This document shows, one piece after another, positions 1-10,200 of a stretch of DNA of 64,000 bases. Made by a program: the position numbers and the translations under genes. Below the pieces are notes generated by a model. It saw only the letters and a list, made by a program, of their open reading frames with translations, did no database searches and was not told the DNA's origin. Position 1 is the first letter of the stretch. Every line of letters starts with the position of its first letter. This stretch comes from Mantamonas sphyraenae STR306 (lineage: Eukaryota > Protista > CRuMs). The stretch is from the NCBI GenBank assembly GCA_026936335.1, contig JAPMXV010000015.1, forward strand, positions 248,001 through 312,000. Reading direction: 5' to 3'.

Positions 1-1000
1 AAGGGCGTTGGAGGGCGGTGGCGGGCAACTGCGTCAGCTGGATCTGCAGTGGCTGCGTTTGAACAGCGTGTTGCAGAGAAGGTTTCGGGAGAGTGGAGAA
101 TCGATGATGTTGGGATTGTGTGAGGCGTTGCAGGGACACACGCAGCTGGAGATGGTTGGATTGGGCATGGAGTTGGATACGAAGGAGGCAACAGCGCTGG
201 CGACGGCGTTGGAAGGGATGAAGGGTCTGAGAGAGGTGTGCTTGCCGCATGGAAGCACATCGGATGAAGGAATGATTGCAGTGGCGGATGTGCTGCGTGT
301 GCATCCGACAGTGGTGCAGGTGACGTTGGGATCGTACTTGAAGGAACGAGTGAGCGATGAGGTGGGTGATGCACTGTTGAGGATGGTAGAAGAGAATGAG
401 AGGTTGGTAGAGGCAATTGGACCTTGGGCAAAGAGAGATGTGAACATGGAGGTGCGGGAGAAAGTGTTGAAGGCAGTGGAAGGACGTGTGCGGCTGCAGC
501 GAATTGGGGGATATGGGGATGGTTTTGAAGCAGCGTTTCGGAAGAAGAAGAACAGTGCACAGAGATTGGTGAAGGCGGAGAGTGTGGATGCGGTGCGGGA
601 GGAGCTGGAGAGGGGATTGTGGGTGAACACGCGTGTGTTACGGGGATGGGAAGAAGGGGAGTGGGTGGTGGAGAATGTGTTGGTGAAGGGGAATGTGGAG
701 GTGTGGGAGGTGTTGGAGGAGTATGGGTTGCGGGAGGAGTTGACAGAGTGGGAGAAGGAGCAATGTGGGGAGATTGTGAGGGAGAAGGGTGTGTGGAGGA
801 AGGAATGGCATTGGGTGATGGGTGAGGAGGTGGATGAGAGGATAGAGGTGGCACTGGTGATGAACATGGAGGAGAGAGATGTGATGTTTGAGGCAGGTGG
901 GATGGAGGGGTATGTGGAAGAGACGGGGTGGGAGGGATGGGTGACACTGCCGGATGAGGTGATGGAGAGAGTGGTGAAGTGGTTGGGGGAGGGGTCATGA
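1..1000 (+). CDS. LRR (RNI-like)-ankyrin-like-C-terminal F-box-like family protein, 5' part outside window
   Basis: Near-identical to 1788-2784 (period ~1787 bp). LRR motifs (LRQLDLQWL, LREVCL) and the family tail WVTLPDEVMERVVKWL; stop TGA at 998-1000. Confidence 0.8.
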   Translation, partial: RALEGGGGQLRQLDLQWLRLNSVLQRRFRESGESMMLGLCEALQGHTQLEMVGLGMELDTKEATALATALEGMKGLREVCLPHGSTSDEGMIAVADVLRVHPTVVQVTLGSYLKERVSDEVGDALLRMVEENERLVEAIGPWAKRDVNMEVREKVLKAVEGRVRLQRIGGYGDGFEAAFRKKKNSAQRLVKAESVDAVREELERGLWVNTRVLRGWEEGEWVVENVLVKGNVEVWEVLEEYGLREELTEWEKEQCGEIVREKGVWRKEWHWVMGEEVDERIEVALVMNMEERDVMFEAGGMEGYVEETGWEGWVTLPDEVMERVVKWLGEGS

Positions 1001-1032
1001 TTGTGATGGTTGGCGATGTGTGCACCAACAAA

Positions 1033-2784
1033 ATGGCTCTTCTTCCCCGGGAGCCGACCGCTCTACAGCGAGCGTTGGAAGGCAGTGTGGAGGATGTGCG
1101 AGAGGAATTGATGAAGAATGAACTTCAGGTGAATGTGAAATGGACCAATGTCTCAGAGGACGAGCTGGCCAAGCTGCAGGAAGCGTGCGAGGGGGTGGAA
1201 GTGCGAGCGTTGTCGCTGAACTGTGGCAAAGTGCCGATGGGGTCTGTGGGGGCATTTCTGGAAGGGTGCATGGCACAGCAGAGGCACTTGCAGGTGTTGA
1301 AGTTGTACCAACTGGCCCAGGGAGAAGGCGAGGGCCAGGATGGACCGGCAAAGTTGTTCCAAGCGCTGGAGTTGGTGGGAGGGGCGCTTCGTGAGTTGAT
1401 AGTGAAGCGGTCACTGGATGGATGGAGGATGCGATCGTGGACTTCGTGGAGGAACGTATTGATTTATGCGGTGGCCAATGGGTGCCCGATGCTGGAGGAG
1501 TTGCGGCTGGACGAATGCCTGAGTGGGGACGACCTTGGACGGGTGCTGCACTCTTGCACGAGGCTGAAAGGGTTGCGCCTGACAAGGTTCGGATTGGAGA
1601 GTGAGGGGGAGACGCTGGAGATGGCACGGCTGATCGGGGAGAGCAGGTTGCGTGTGGCGAAGCTTTCCTTGCAGAAATCGTGGTCAAACCTTGGCACCAT
1701 TGTTGGGGCGATGCTTGGATGTGGGACACTGAGGGAATTGGTTCTCAATGGCACTTTGACGGATGAAGAATCAGTGAAAGGGCTGGGAAGGGCGTTGGAG
1801 GGCGGTGGCGGGCAACTGCGTCAGCTGGATCTGCAGTGGCTGCGTTTGAACAGCGTGTTGCAGAGAAGGTTTCGGGAGAGCGGAGAATCGATGATGTTGG
1901 GGTTGTGTGAGGCGTTGCAGGGACACACGCAGCTGGAGACGGTTGGATTGGGCATGGAGTTGGATACGAAGGAGGCAACAGCGCTGGCGACGGCATTGGA
2001 AGGGATGAAGGGTCTGCGAGAGGTGTGTTTACCGCATGGAAGCACATCAGATGAAGGAATGATTGCAGTGGCGGATGTGCTGCGTGTGCATCCGACAGTG
2101 GTGCAGGTGACGTTGGGATCGTACTTGAAGGAACGAGTAAGCGATGAGGTGGGTGATGCGCTGTTGAGGATGGTAGGAGAGAATGAGAGGTTGGTAGAGG
2201 CAATTGGACCTTGGGCAAAGAGAGATGTGAACATGGAGGTGCGGGAGAAAGTGTTGAAGGCAGTGGAAGGACGTGTGCGGCTGCAGCGAATTGGGGGATA
2301 TGGGGATGGTTTTGAAGCAGCGTTTCGGAAGAAGAAGAACAGTGCAAAGAGGTTGGTGAAGGCGGAGAGTGTGGAGAGTGTGCGGGAGGAATTGGAGAGG
2401 GGATTGTGGGTGAACACACGTGTGTTACGGGGATGGGAAGAAGGGGAGTGGGTGGTGGAGAATGTGTTGTTGAAGGGGAATGTGGAGGTGTGGGAGGTGT
2501 TGGAGGAGTATGGGTTGCGGGAGGAGTTGACAGAGTGGGAGAAGGAGCAATGTGGGGAGATTGTGAGGGAGAAGGGTGTGTGGAGGAAGGAGTGGCATTG
2601 GGTGATGGGTGAGGAGGTGGATGAGAGGATAGAGGTGGCACTGGTGATGAACATGGAGGAGAGAGATGTGATGTTTGAGGCGGGTGGGATGGAGGGGTAT
2701 GTGGAAGAGACGGGGTGGGAGGGATGGGTGACACTGCCGGATGAGGTGATGGAGAGAGTGGTGAAGTGGTTGGCGATGGAGTAG
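1033..2784 (+). CDS. LRR-ankyrin-like-F-box-like family protein
   Basis: LxxLxL repeats (LQVLKL, LEELRL, LKGLRL, LRELVL) and conserved tail. Likely start caacaaaATG at 1033; in-frame ATGs also at 997 (ATGA overlap with upstream stop) and 1006. Confidence 0.8.
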   Translation: MALLPREPTALQRALEGSVEDVREELMKNELQVNVKWTNVSEDELAKLQEACEGVEVRALSLNCGKVPMGSVGAFLEGCMAQQRHLQVLKLYQLAQGEGEGQDGPAKLFQALELVGGALRELIVKRSLDGWRMRSWTSWRNVLIYAVANGCPMLEELRLDECLSGDDLGRVLHSCTRLKGLRLTRFGLESEGETLEMARLIGESRLRVAKLSLQKSWSNLGTIVGAMLGCGTLRELVLNGTLTDEESVKGLGRALEGGGGQLRQLDLQWLRLNSVLQRRFRESGESMMLGLCEALQGHTQLETVGLGMELDTKEATALATALEGMKGLREVCLPHGSTSDEGMIAVADVLRVHPTVVQVTLGSYLKERVSDEVGDALLRMVGENERLVEAIGPWAKRDVNMEVREKVLKAVEGRVRLQRIGGYGDGFEAAFRKKKNSAKRLVKAESVESVREELERGLWVNTRVLRGWEEGEWVVENVLLKGNVEVWEVLEEYGLREELTEWEKEQCGEIVREKGVWRKEWHWVMGEEVDERIEVALVMNMEERDVMFEAGGMEGYVEETGWEGWVTLPDEVMERVVKWLAME

Positions 2785-2830
2785 GGTTGGGTGATGACGC
2801 TGGGGGAGACAATGAAACATTTGAGTCACA

Positions 2831-4564
2831 ATGCTTTCGTCCTCGTCTTTGCTGACATCGGCTCTTCAAACGGCGCTGAAGAAGGGTGTGGAGGAGACAC
2901 GTGCTGTGATTGTGCAGAACGAGGGCTTGGTGCTCCTGGACGGGAAGGGGGGGAGTGATGAGGAGATGGCGGTGCTGCAAAATGCGTGTGAGGGCGTCGC
3001 TGTTCGAGAAGTGACGCTTGAGTGCCGCTCGCTGCACATGGACACCATCACAGAGTTCATATCGTCGCTGCTGACGAAACAAACCCACCTGGAAAAGTTG
3101 CACTTGCAGATGGTGTCTTTGCGTGGTGATTCCGAGCAACGTGAACGCGAGAAGGAGGCTCTCGTGGACGCCTTTGCTTGTGGCTCGCCGTCGCTTCGCT
3201 CGCTGCACGTTAAATACTGGGTGTACACCAAACACAATGCGTCATGGAAGTCGATATGTGAGGTGGTGGGGAGCGGGTTCCCAGCTCTGCAGGAGCTGTT
3301 GCTGGACGAGGTTCCGACGGCAGCCGGGCTTGGTGTGGTGCTGCAGGCATGCTCGCAGTTGAGGGTGTTGGAACAATCGAATGTGGGAGAGATTGAGGAC
3401 AGCGAAGCACAGGCATTGGCGGCACAGATCGCGCAGAGCCGGCTTCAGAATGTCTCACTCGAGGTTTCCGGCACGGTGTGCCGCACAGGCAGCTTTCTGG
3501 GCACCATTACCACGTGCAAGACGCTAAGAGAGCTCACATTGAGTCAATATGGACCTTCAGGGTCTTTTCTGGAGTCGTTGGCGGCGTCTTTGGCTGCAAT
3601 CGGCCCGCAACTGCGCCGCTTGGATCTGAGCCGAGTCGTGAACTCTTCACTTGTCGGAATGTCGGAGCAGGAGGCGCAACCGCACTTGGTGAGCCTGTGT
3701 GAAGTGTTGCGGGGCCACACAATGTTGGACACTCTGCGACTTGGGTTGGCGTTTGCGATGGAAGCGAGTGTGGTGCTGGCCGAGGCGCTGGCCGAGATGG
3801 TGGAGCTCAGGGAGTTGCGTGTTCCACGTGGATCATCATGCGGGGAGGACATGATTGTGCTTGCGGATGCAGTACGTGTGCATCCGAGGCTGCAGCGTGT
3901 GACACTGGGTGTGCGGCTGACGTCAACTGACTCCACGGAGTTGGAAGACGCACTTGTGAGGATGGTCTTGGAGAACGAAGGATTGATGGAGGTTGTGGGG
4001 CCCTGGGGATCGTTGATGCCGAATCGCCACATTCGACCTCGCGTGCTGGAGGCTGCGCACGGTCATGTTCGCTTGCAGCGGATTGATCCATATGGTAGCA
4101 AGGAACAGATGTTTCAGAAGCGTGTGGAGTGTGCACAGAGGTTGGTGAAGGCGGAGAGTGTGGAGAGTGTGCGGGAGGAGCTGGAGAGGGGCTTGGGAGT
4201 GACCACGCGGATGGCAGGCAGGGGTGGAGGGGAATGGGTGGTGGAGAATGTGTTGGTGAAGGGGAATGTGGAGGTGTGGGAGGTGTTGGAGGAGTATGGG
4301 TTGAGGGGGGAGTTGACAGAGTGGGAGAAGGAGCAATGTGGGGAGATTGTGAGGGAGAAGGGTGTGTGGAGGAAGGAGTGGCATTGGGTGATGGGTGAGG
4401 AGGTGGATGAGAGGATAGAGGTGGCACTGGTGATGAACATGGAGGAGAGAGATGTGATGTTTGAGGCAGGTGGGATGGAGGGGTACGAATCGACTGGGGA
4501 GTGGTGGACACTGCCGGATGAGGTGATGGACAGGGTGGTGAAGTGGTTGGGGGAGGGGTCATGA
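2831..4564 (+). CDS. LRR-ankyrin-like-F-box-like family protein (divergent LRR body)
   Basis: 577-aa ORF with RNI-like LRRs and a family tail ending WWTLPDEVMDRVVKWL. Confidence 0.8.
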   Translation: MLSSSSLLTSALQTALKKGVEETRAVIVQNEGLVLLDGKGGSDEEMAVLQNACEGVAVREVTLECRSLHMDTITEFISSLLTKQTHLEKLHLQMVSLRGDSEQREREKEALVDAFACGSPSLRSLHVKYWVYTKHNASWKSICEVVGSGFPALQELLLDEVPTAAGLGVVLQACSQLRVLEQSNVGEIEDSEAQALAAQIAQSRLQNVSLEVSGTVCRTGSFLGTITTCKTLRELTLSQYGPSGSFLESLAASLAAIGPQLRRLDLSRVVNSSLVGMSEQEAQPHLVSLCEVLRGHTMLDTLRLGLAFAMEASVVLAEALAEMVELRELRVPRGSSCGEDMIVLADAVRVHPRLQRVTLGVRLTSTDSTELEDALVRMVLENEGLMEVVGPWGSLMPNRHIRPRVLEAAHGHVRLQRIDPYGSKEQMFQKRVECAQRLVKAESVESVREELERGLGVTTRMAGRGGGEWVVENVLVKGNVEVWEVLEEYGLRGELTEWEKEQCGEIVREKGVWRKEWHWVMGEEVDERIEVALVMNMEERDVMFEAGGMEGYESTGEWWTLPDEVMDRVVKWLGEGS

Positions 4565-4640
4565 TGGATCGAGTGACCCCAAGATGGCATTGCAATGCAT
4601 TGTGGAACGCGATCTGCACGTAGGAATGCCATCGGCAAAC

Positions 4641-6971
4641 TCATTCTGAAAGCAAGGGCGCACGCATCCATCTCATCCTCACCTTGCCCGTGGATCCCCG
4701 AGGTCGTCTCCCTCCGTTCCTGATCCACCTGAACCCTGCCTGTACACTCTTTGACCCCAGTGCCACCACCAGTGCCACCCCGACACACACTGTCATGACA
4801 ATCACACCAAGCGCCACAATCTCCACTGTGTTTGTGTCAAAGCGCGCCTTGTTCAGCGTCACAGATGTGCCCGAGACAAACACCGTCAGCAGTGTGTAGA
4901 GACTCAAAGTCTCCATTTTGTTGTCCAACGGACGACAAAACGGCTGCAGCCGTCCATGCACCCAAATCGACAGCACCAGCGTCAGAAAAAGGACAATGAA
5001 GAACGCGATCTGCGAGTAGAACGGGACGGCCGTCACCAGCACCGTCACCACCACACGACGCAAAATCACAACCAGCTCGTACCACATCCTTTCGGGTTTG
5101 TAGGACCTGTAAAGGAATCCAAACGCAGTCTGTGCCCATGGCTCCTCCGTTGCGCCGCGACGCCACACATACACCAGCGCAGCGGCATCCAATACAGGCA
5201 CACATATGCCCACCAGCACCAACAGCACCCACGAAACCCCTTGTACATCTCTCAGTGTCCCATCCAACTTGCCCCCCTTGCACACGATGAACGGGTATTA
5301 ATACTGGTTCAGGAACCACCACCGCGTCTCCCCACGAATTCCCGTGGCCGCATCTGTGCACATGAGGAAACTCAGTGCTTGCAAAAGGATGGGTCCATAC
5401 GCAATGTGCACTGCAAACAGTGCCACCCCAATGATTTTGTGCTTCAATGCCACCCCGTCGTCGTCTGTGCCCGAGTGCTCGAACAGCAGACCCTCCGAGT
5501 CATTGCCCTCCTCATTGTGCTCTCCTCCATCGCCAGTGCGTCCACGTCCCTTTCTGTACACATCCCAAAGCTTCGATGCAATTGCTCCGACAAGAAGCAG
5601 CGGCAAGACGACAGTCGTGCTCGCGGCAAACTCACCACTCCATCGCTCTGTGAATCCGGCTGGTGCTTCAAACAGACACTGCACAGACGACAGCGAAAGA
5701 TTCACCGACGACGCCACATGGTTCAGCCCCTGCATGATCTGTCCCAGCACCCCTCCCACCGACACCGAGTCATGCACCCCTTCGACACGATGCAACGCAC
5801 TTGTCAGAGAGATGGACGACTTTTCGATCGTGGCCAGAATTTGCCAGAAGAACAGTGTCACCTTGAGTGTGGCACTGTCCCCTCCATGATGCAGCTTCTG
5901 TCGGATGACCACAATGACAAACATGAAGCCAAACACCGCGTACAGCACAATGCCCAACACCACTTCCACAGGGGAGGGGCACTGCAAACACACACGTGCA
6001 CTCTTGTAGTAGCCCGATGCACACTCGCTGCACAGGCGAGACCCACTCTGGTAGCCAGGGGCACACTCCTCGCCTTGTGTCCTCCCGCTGTTGTCCTGTT
6101 GCAGCGTTGGACACGCCGCCGCCACAGGACACGGCAGAATTGCCAGTGATGAGTGAGTAGTATTGGGCGCTTCTACCACACGGCAGCCTCGGATGCTGCC
6201 TGCCGTGCATCGACACAGGCTAAACGCCTCCGGACAAGCCAGGCATTGCTGTTGGTGACCAAAGAATTGGGCGGCACACGTGCACTGCTCAATCCAGTTG
6301 ATTGGGTCGTAGAAGAAGAGCAGATGCTGCCCATCCGCTCGTTCCACTGTTGCGCACGTCACGTTGCCAAATTGGTTCTGATTGCTCGGGGACGCCACCA
6401 GGAAGCTGACTTCTCCTCCATGAAGTGATGTTGACGTGTTGCGCAGGTCCACATACCACAATGAGCGACTGGAACGCATGGCGGCGGAGAAATGGCCACC
6501 AATCTGGGTGTTGTGGATGTCCAAGCGCTGCAGGTTGTCCAGATCTCGCCAAGCCGACATGGAGCCGCTGAGGCTTGTGTTGTACAGTTGCAGAGTCTCG
6601 ATGGATGGGAAATGCAAGAAAGAAACGTCGCCGGTGGCCCAAAAGTTGTTGGAGAGATCGAGGAGACGGAGGTTGGGCAGGAGTAGCCGTTCGAATGGAG
6701 TGAATTCCAGTTGGTTGCTGGCCAGATGGATGTTGACCAGACCTTTCGGGAGGGAAGACATGAATAGGGCCGATTGGAGGGCATTGTTGTCCAGCCGTAG
6801 TGTGGTGAGGGTGACCGGGAGCTCCGGCAATTCCGTGATTGCGTTGTAGGACAGGTCGAGTGTGGTGAGCTTCAGTTGGTCACGCTGCTCGCAGTTGGCG
6901 TTTACACCTCCTAGCATCAGTGTAAGGAGTACAACAACGGACAAGACACCTGCAACGATGCCCCTGGCCAT
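4641..6971 (-). pseudogene. Signal peptide-LRR-Cys-rich-7TM receptor-like gene interrupted by an in-frame TAA
   Basis: Signal peptide MARGIVAGVLSVVVLL, extracellular LRRs (LDLSYNAITELP), Cys-rich linker (CAPGYQSGSRLCSECASGY) and TM helices with FGFLYRSYKPERMWYELV. ORFs 5298-7031 and 4641-5285 share one frame, separated by NQY*YPFIVC. Confidence 0.75.
5296..5303. other. Putative DNA-transposon excision footprint TA-TTAA-TA
   Basis: GTATTAATAC equals a GTAC target plus 6 extra nt. The TT and AA match the terminal dinucleotides of the element at 16235-21605. Confidence 0.55.
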
Positions 6972-7235
6972 TGTTCCCACCAATTGCTTGTGTGGTCCAG
7001 CGGAACACAAGACGCCCGCATCCGCATCCAAGGGGTTGCGTGTGGTGGGTGCAAATACCAGATGAGAGTGATGGAGAGGGTGGTACCGTGGCTGGTGATG
7101 GCTGATGGTGGCTGGTGATGGGGTGGAAGGGCTCCATCAGAACCGACGGCGCGACGACGCACTGATTGATGCATTGTTGATGGCAGCGTGGGGAGGGATG
7201 TAGCTGCTTGGATGCAAGACAAAGGTTCATTGAAG

Positions 7236-10200
7236 TCACCATCTCGTTCTTCCCCTCCAGACACGTTTCAACAACTTGTTTCGCTCCTCCTTGCGTCGCT
7301 CCTCCTCGCGACGTCGCTCCTCTGCCGTCTGTGTGGGGCTGCCTGCCAGACAAGCCAGTCGCTTGTTCCACTGATGGCGGTACTTGCCGAAGCATGCGTG
7401 GTTCTTGCCGCCCACCACGTTCTCCTTGCCAATCGCCTTGTAGTAGTCGTAGTACGCGAGCATCGCCTTCTTGAACAACCCTGCTGTTTGCGAGTTGTAC
7501 ACCACGGCACTTGTCACCTCCTTTCGACCCACATACCCTGTAAGCAAGCATGCCAGTCGTTGCACCTCTGTCTTGCCGTTGACATGACAGTGATGGTTGC
7601 GTGATGGAGTGTGCTTGCTGATTTGCATCAGCTGGTTGAACACCATACCATGGGTTTGGCGCACTGTTGCGACTGCCCTTTCCTCGCGACGTCGCTCCTC
7701 TGCCGTCTGTGTGGGGCTGCCTGCCAGACACGCCAGTCGCTTGTTCCACTGATGGCGGTACTTGCCGAAGCATGCGTGGTTCTTGCTGCCCACCACGTTC
7801 TCCTTGCCAATCGCCTTGTAGTAGTCGTAGTACACGTGCATCACATGCTTGAACATCTTTGCTGTTCGCGAGTTGTACACTACGGCACTCGTCACCCGCT
7901 TTCGACCCACATACCCTGTAAGCAAGCATGCCAGTCGTTGCACCTCTGTCTTGCCGTTGACATGACAGTGATGGTTGCGTGATGGAGTGTGCTTGCTGAT
8001 GCGCTTCAGCTGGTTGAACACCGTGCCATGGGTTTGGCGCACTGTTGCGAGTGCCTTTTCCATCTTCTTGCGTCGCTCCTCCTCACGTCGCTCCTCTGCC
8101 GTCTGTGTGGGGCTGCCTGCCAGACAAGCCAGTCGCTTGTTCCACTGATGGCGGTACTTGCCGAAGCATGCGTGGTTCTTGCCGCCCACCACGTTCTCCT
8201 TGCCAATCGCCTTGTAGTAGTCGTAGTACGCGAGCATTGCCTTCTTGAACAACCCTGCTGTTTGCGAGTTGTATACCACGGCACTTGTCACCTCCTTTCG
8301 ACCCACATACCCTGTAAGCAAGCATGCCAGCCGTTGCACCTCTGTCTTGCCGTTGACATGACAGTGATGGTTGCGTGATGGAGTGTGCTTGCTGATTTGC
8401 ATCAGCTGGTTGAACACCGTGTCATGGATCTGGCGCACTGTTGCGAGTGCCTTTTCCATCTTCTTGCGTCGCTCCTCCTCACGTCGCTCCTCTGCCGTCT
8501 GTGTGGGGCTGCCTGCCAGACACGCCAGTCGCTTGTTCCACTGATGATGGTACTTGCCGAAGCATGCGTGGTTCTTGCCGCCCACCACGTTCTCCTTGCC
8601 AATCGCCTTGTAGTAGTCGTAGTACGCGAGCATTGCCTTCTTGAACAACCCTGCTGTTTGCGAGTTGTATACCACGGCACTTGTCACCTCCTTTCGACCC
8701 ACATACCCTGTAAGCAAGCATGCCAGTCGTTGCACCTCTGTCTTGCCGTTGACATGACAGTGATGGTTGCGTGATGGAGTGTGCTTGCTGATGCGCTTCA
8801 GCTGGTTGAACACCGTGCCATGGATCTGGCGCACTGTTGCACGTGCCTTTTCCATCTTGCCTTGCCGTTTGGGATCCGACATCTTCTCCGCCGAGTACTT
8901 GCAACACTTGAACTTTGTGATGTCATTCATCGTGCCGCTCGCAACCTTTCGGTAGATCGCATTGAGCCCGAAACCAGAGGGACATGCGTACAATCCCTGC
9001 GATTGCATGTGGCGACTGAGTACCTTGCATTCGTCCTTGTAGACCCCAAGAGTACACTTGACCTTGCGGATACCAACAAGAGCGTTGCTGTTGCCTCGGA
9101 CAAATCCGGAAATGCTGTAGCCAGCGGGGCAACTTGACCAACCCTGCTTGGACAAGGTCTTGGTCCAGTCCGCCTCTACCGTTTGCACGTTGAGCTTGTT
9201 TCTTGTGCAGCAGTCTGCCCACTCGAGACCCTGAAGCTTGCCGGTTGAGCTCCGGAACAGAGAGTGCACAGCATACCCACGAGGACACTCCGACACTCCA
9301 GCACGGTCCATCGACAAGGCCCAGTTGCCACGTTTGCAGGTCACCGGCGCGGTGCTCTGTGCTTCCGATGGTGCTCGGTCTTGGAGCTCGCAACATTTGA
9401 ATTGGTCCACGGCGGAAAGGCCGTCGTTCTTGCCGTTGGAGCCGCGGCGGATTGCTTTCAGCCCGTACCCCGCAGGACATGAGAACGTCCCCTTCCGAGT
9501 GAAGCTGACCTCGATGTTCTTGCACTTGTTCTCGTTCAGTCCATCCACGCACCGGAGCCCGGTCATGCATCGAAGAGTGCTGCACCAGCCTACGCGTTTG
9601 AACCCAGCGATGCCGTACCCTGGGAGTGAGCATCCGTAGAATCCCTTCGTAGCAAAGGAGCCAGTGAGACTGTACTCGTTGCGCTTCGAGTGAACAGAGC
9701 AACAACTCGCCCCTTCCAAACACTCCAGGGTGTTGCACGCACTGCGCGTAAGGCCGGACACAATGGATCGTGCCTTACACCTTGACAAGCCTCCACGGTC
9801 AAAACTTGCCGCCCAGTTGCTGTTGTAGCACTTGAACGCTCCACGCGCCCAAGCGTCGCGGTTTTGCTTCTCCCGCGCTGTTGGTGATGGCACAACCAGA
9901 ACACCATCCACTTTGTGGACTCCTTGTTGACGTGCAATGTGAAGCATGTGATTCACCTCGTTCCAGTACTTGTCCAATGCTTTTCGAGTGTCCACCAACA
10001 TCGTGCGGATCATGTCGCGCATCCGGGTGCGGCGAGCTTCGCTGATGTGCAACGTCTTCAGGCGCATCAGATCGGCAATTGCCACACCACGAATGCGTTG
10101 AGCCTTGCGTGCGTCCTTGCGCAGTTCCAGCATCTTTGGCGTGCTGAACATGGCCTTGAGCTTGGCTTTGGCATCGCGGCTGCCTTTGTCAGAAGCCCGC

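Noticed and set aside
5298-5300. TAA reassigned to a sense codon
   Set aside because: I saw only this single in-frame case in 64 kb, and comparison with the other 7TM genes indicates two surplus codons. Not formally excluded.
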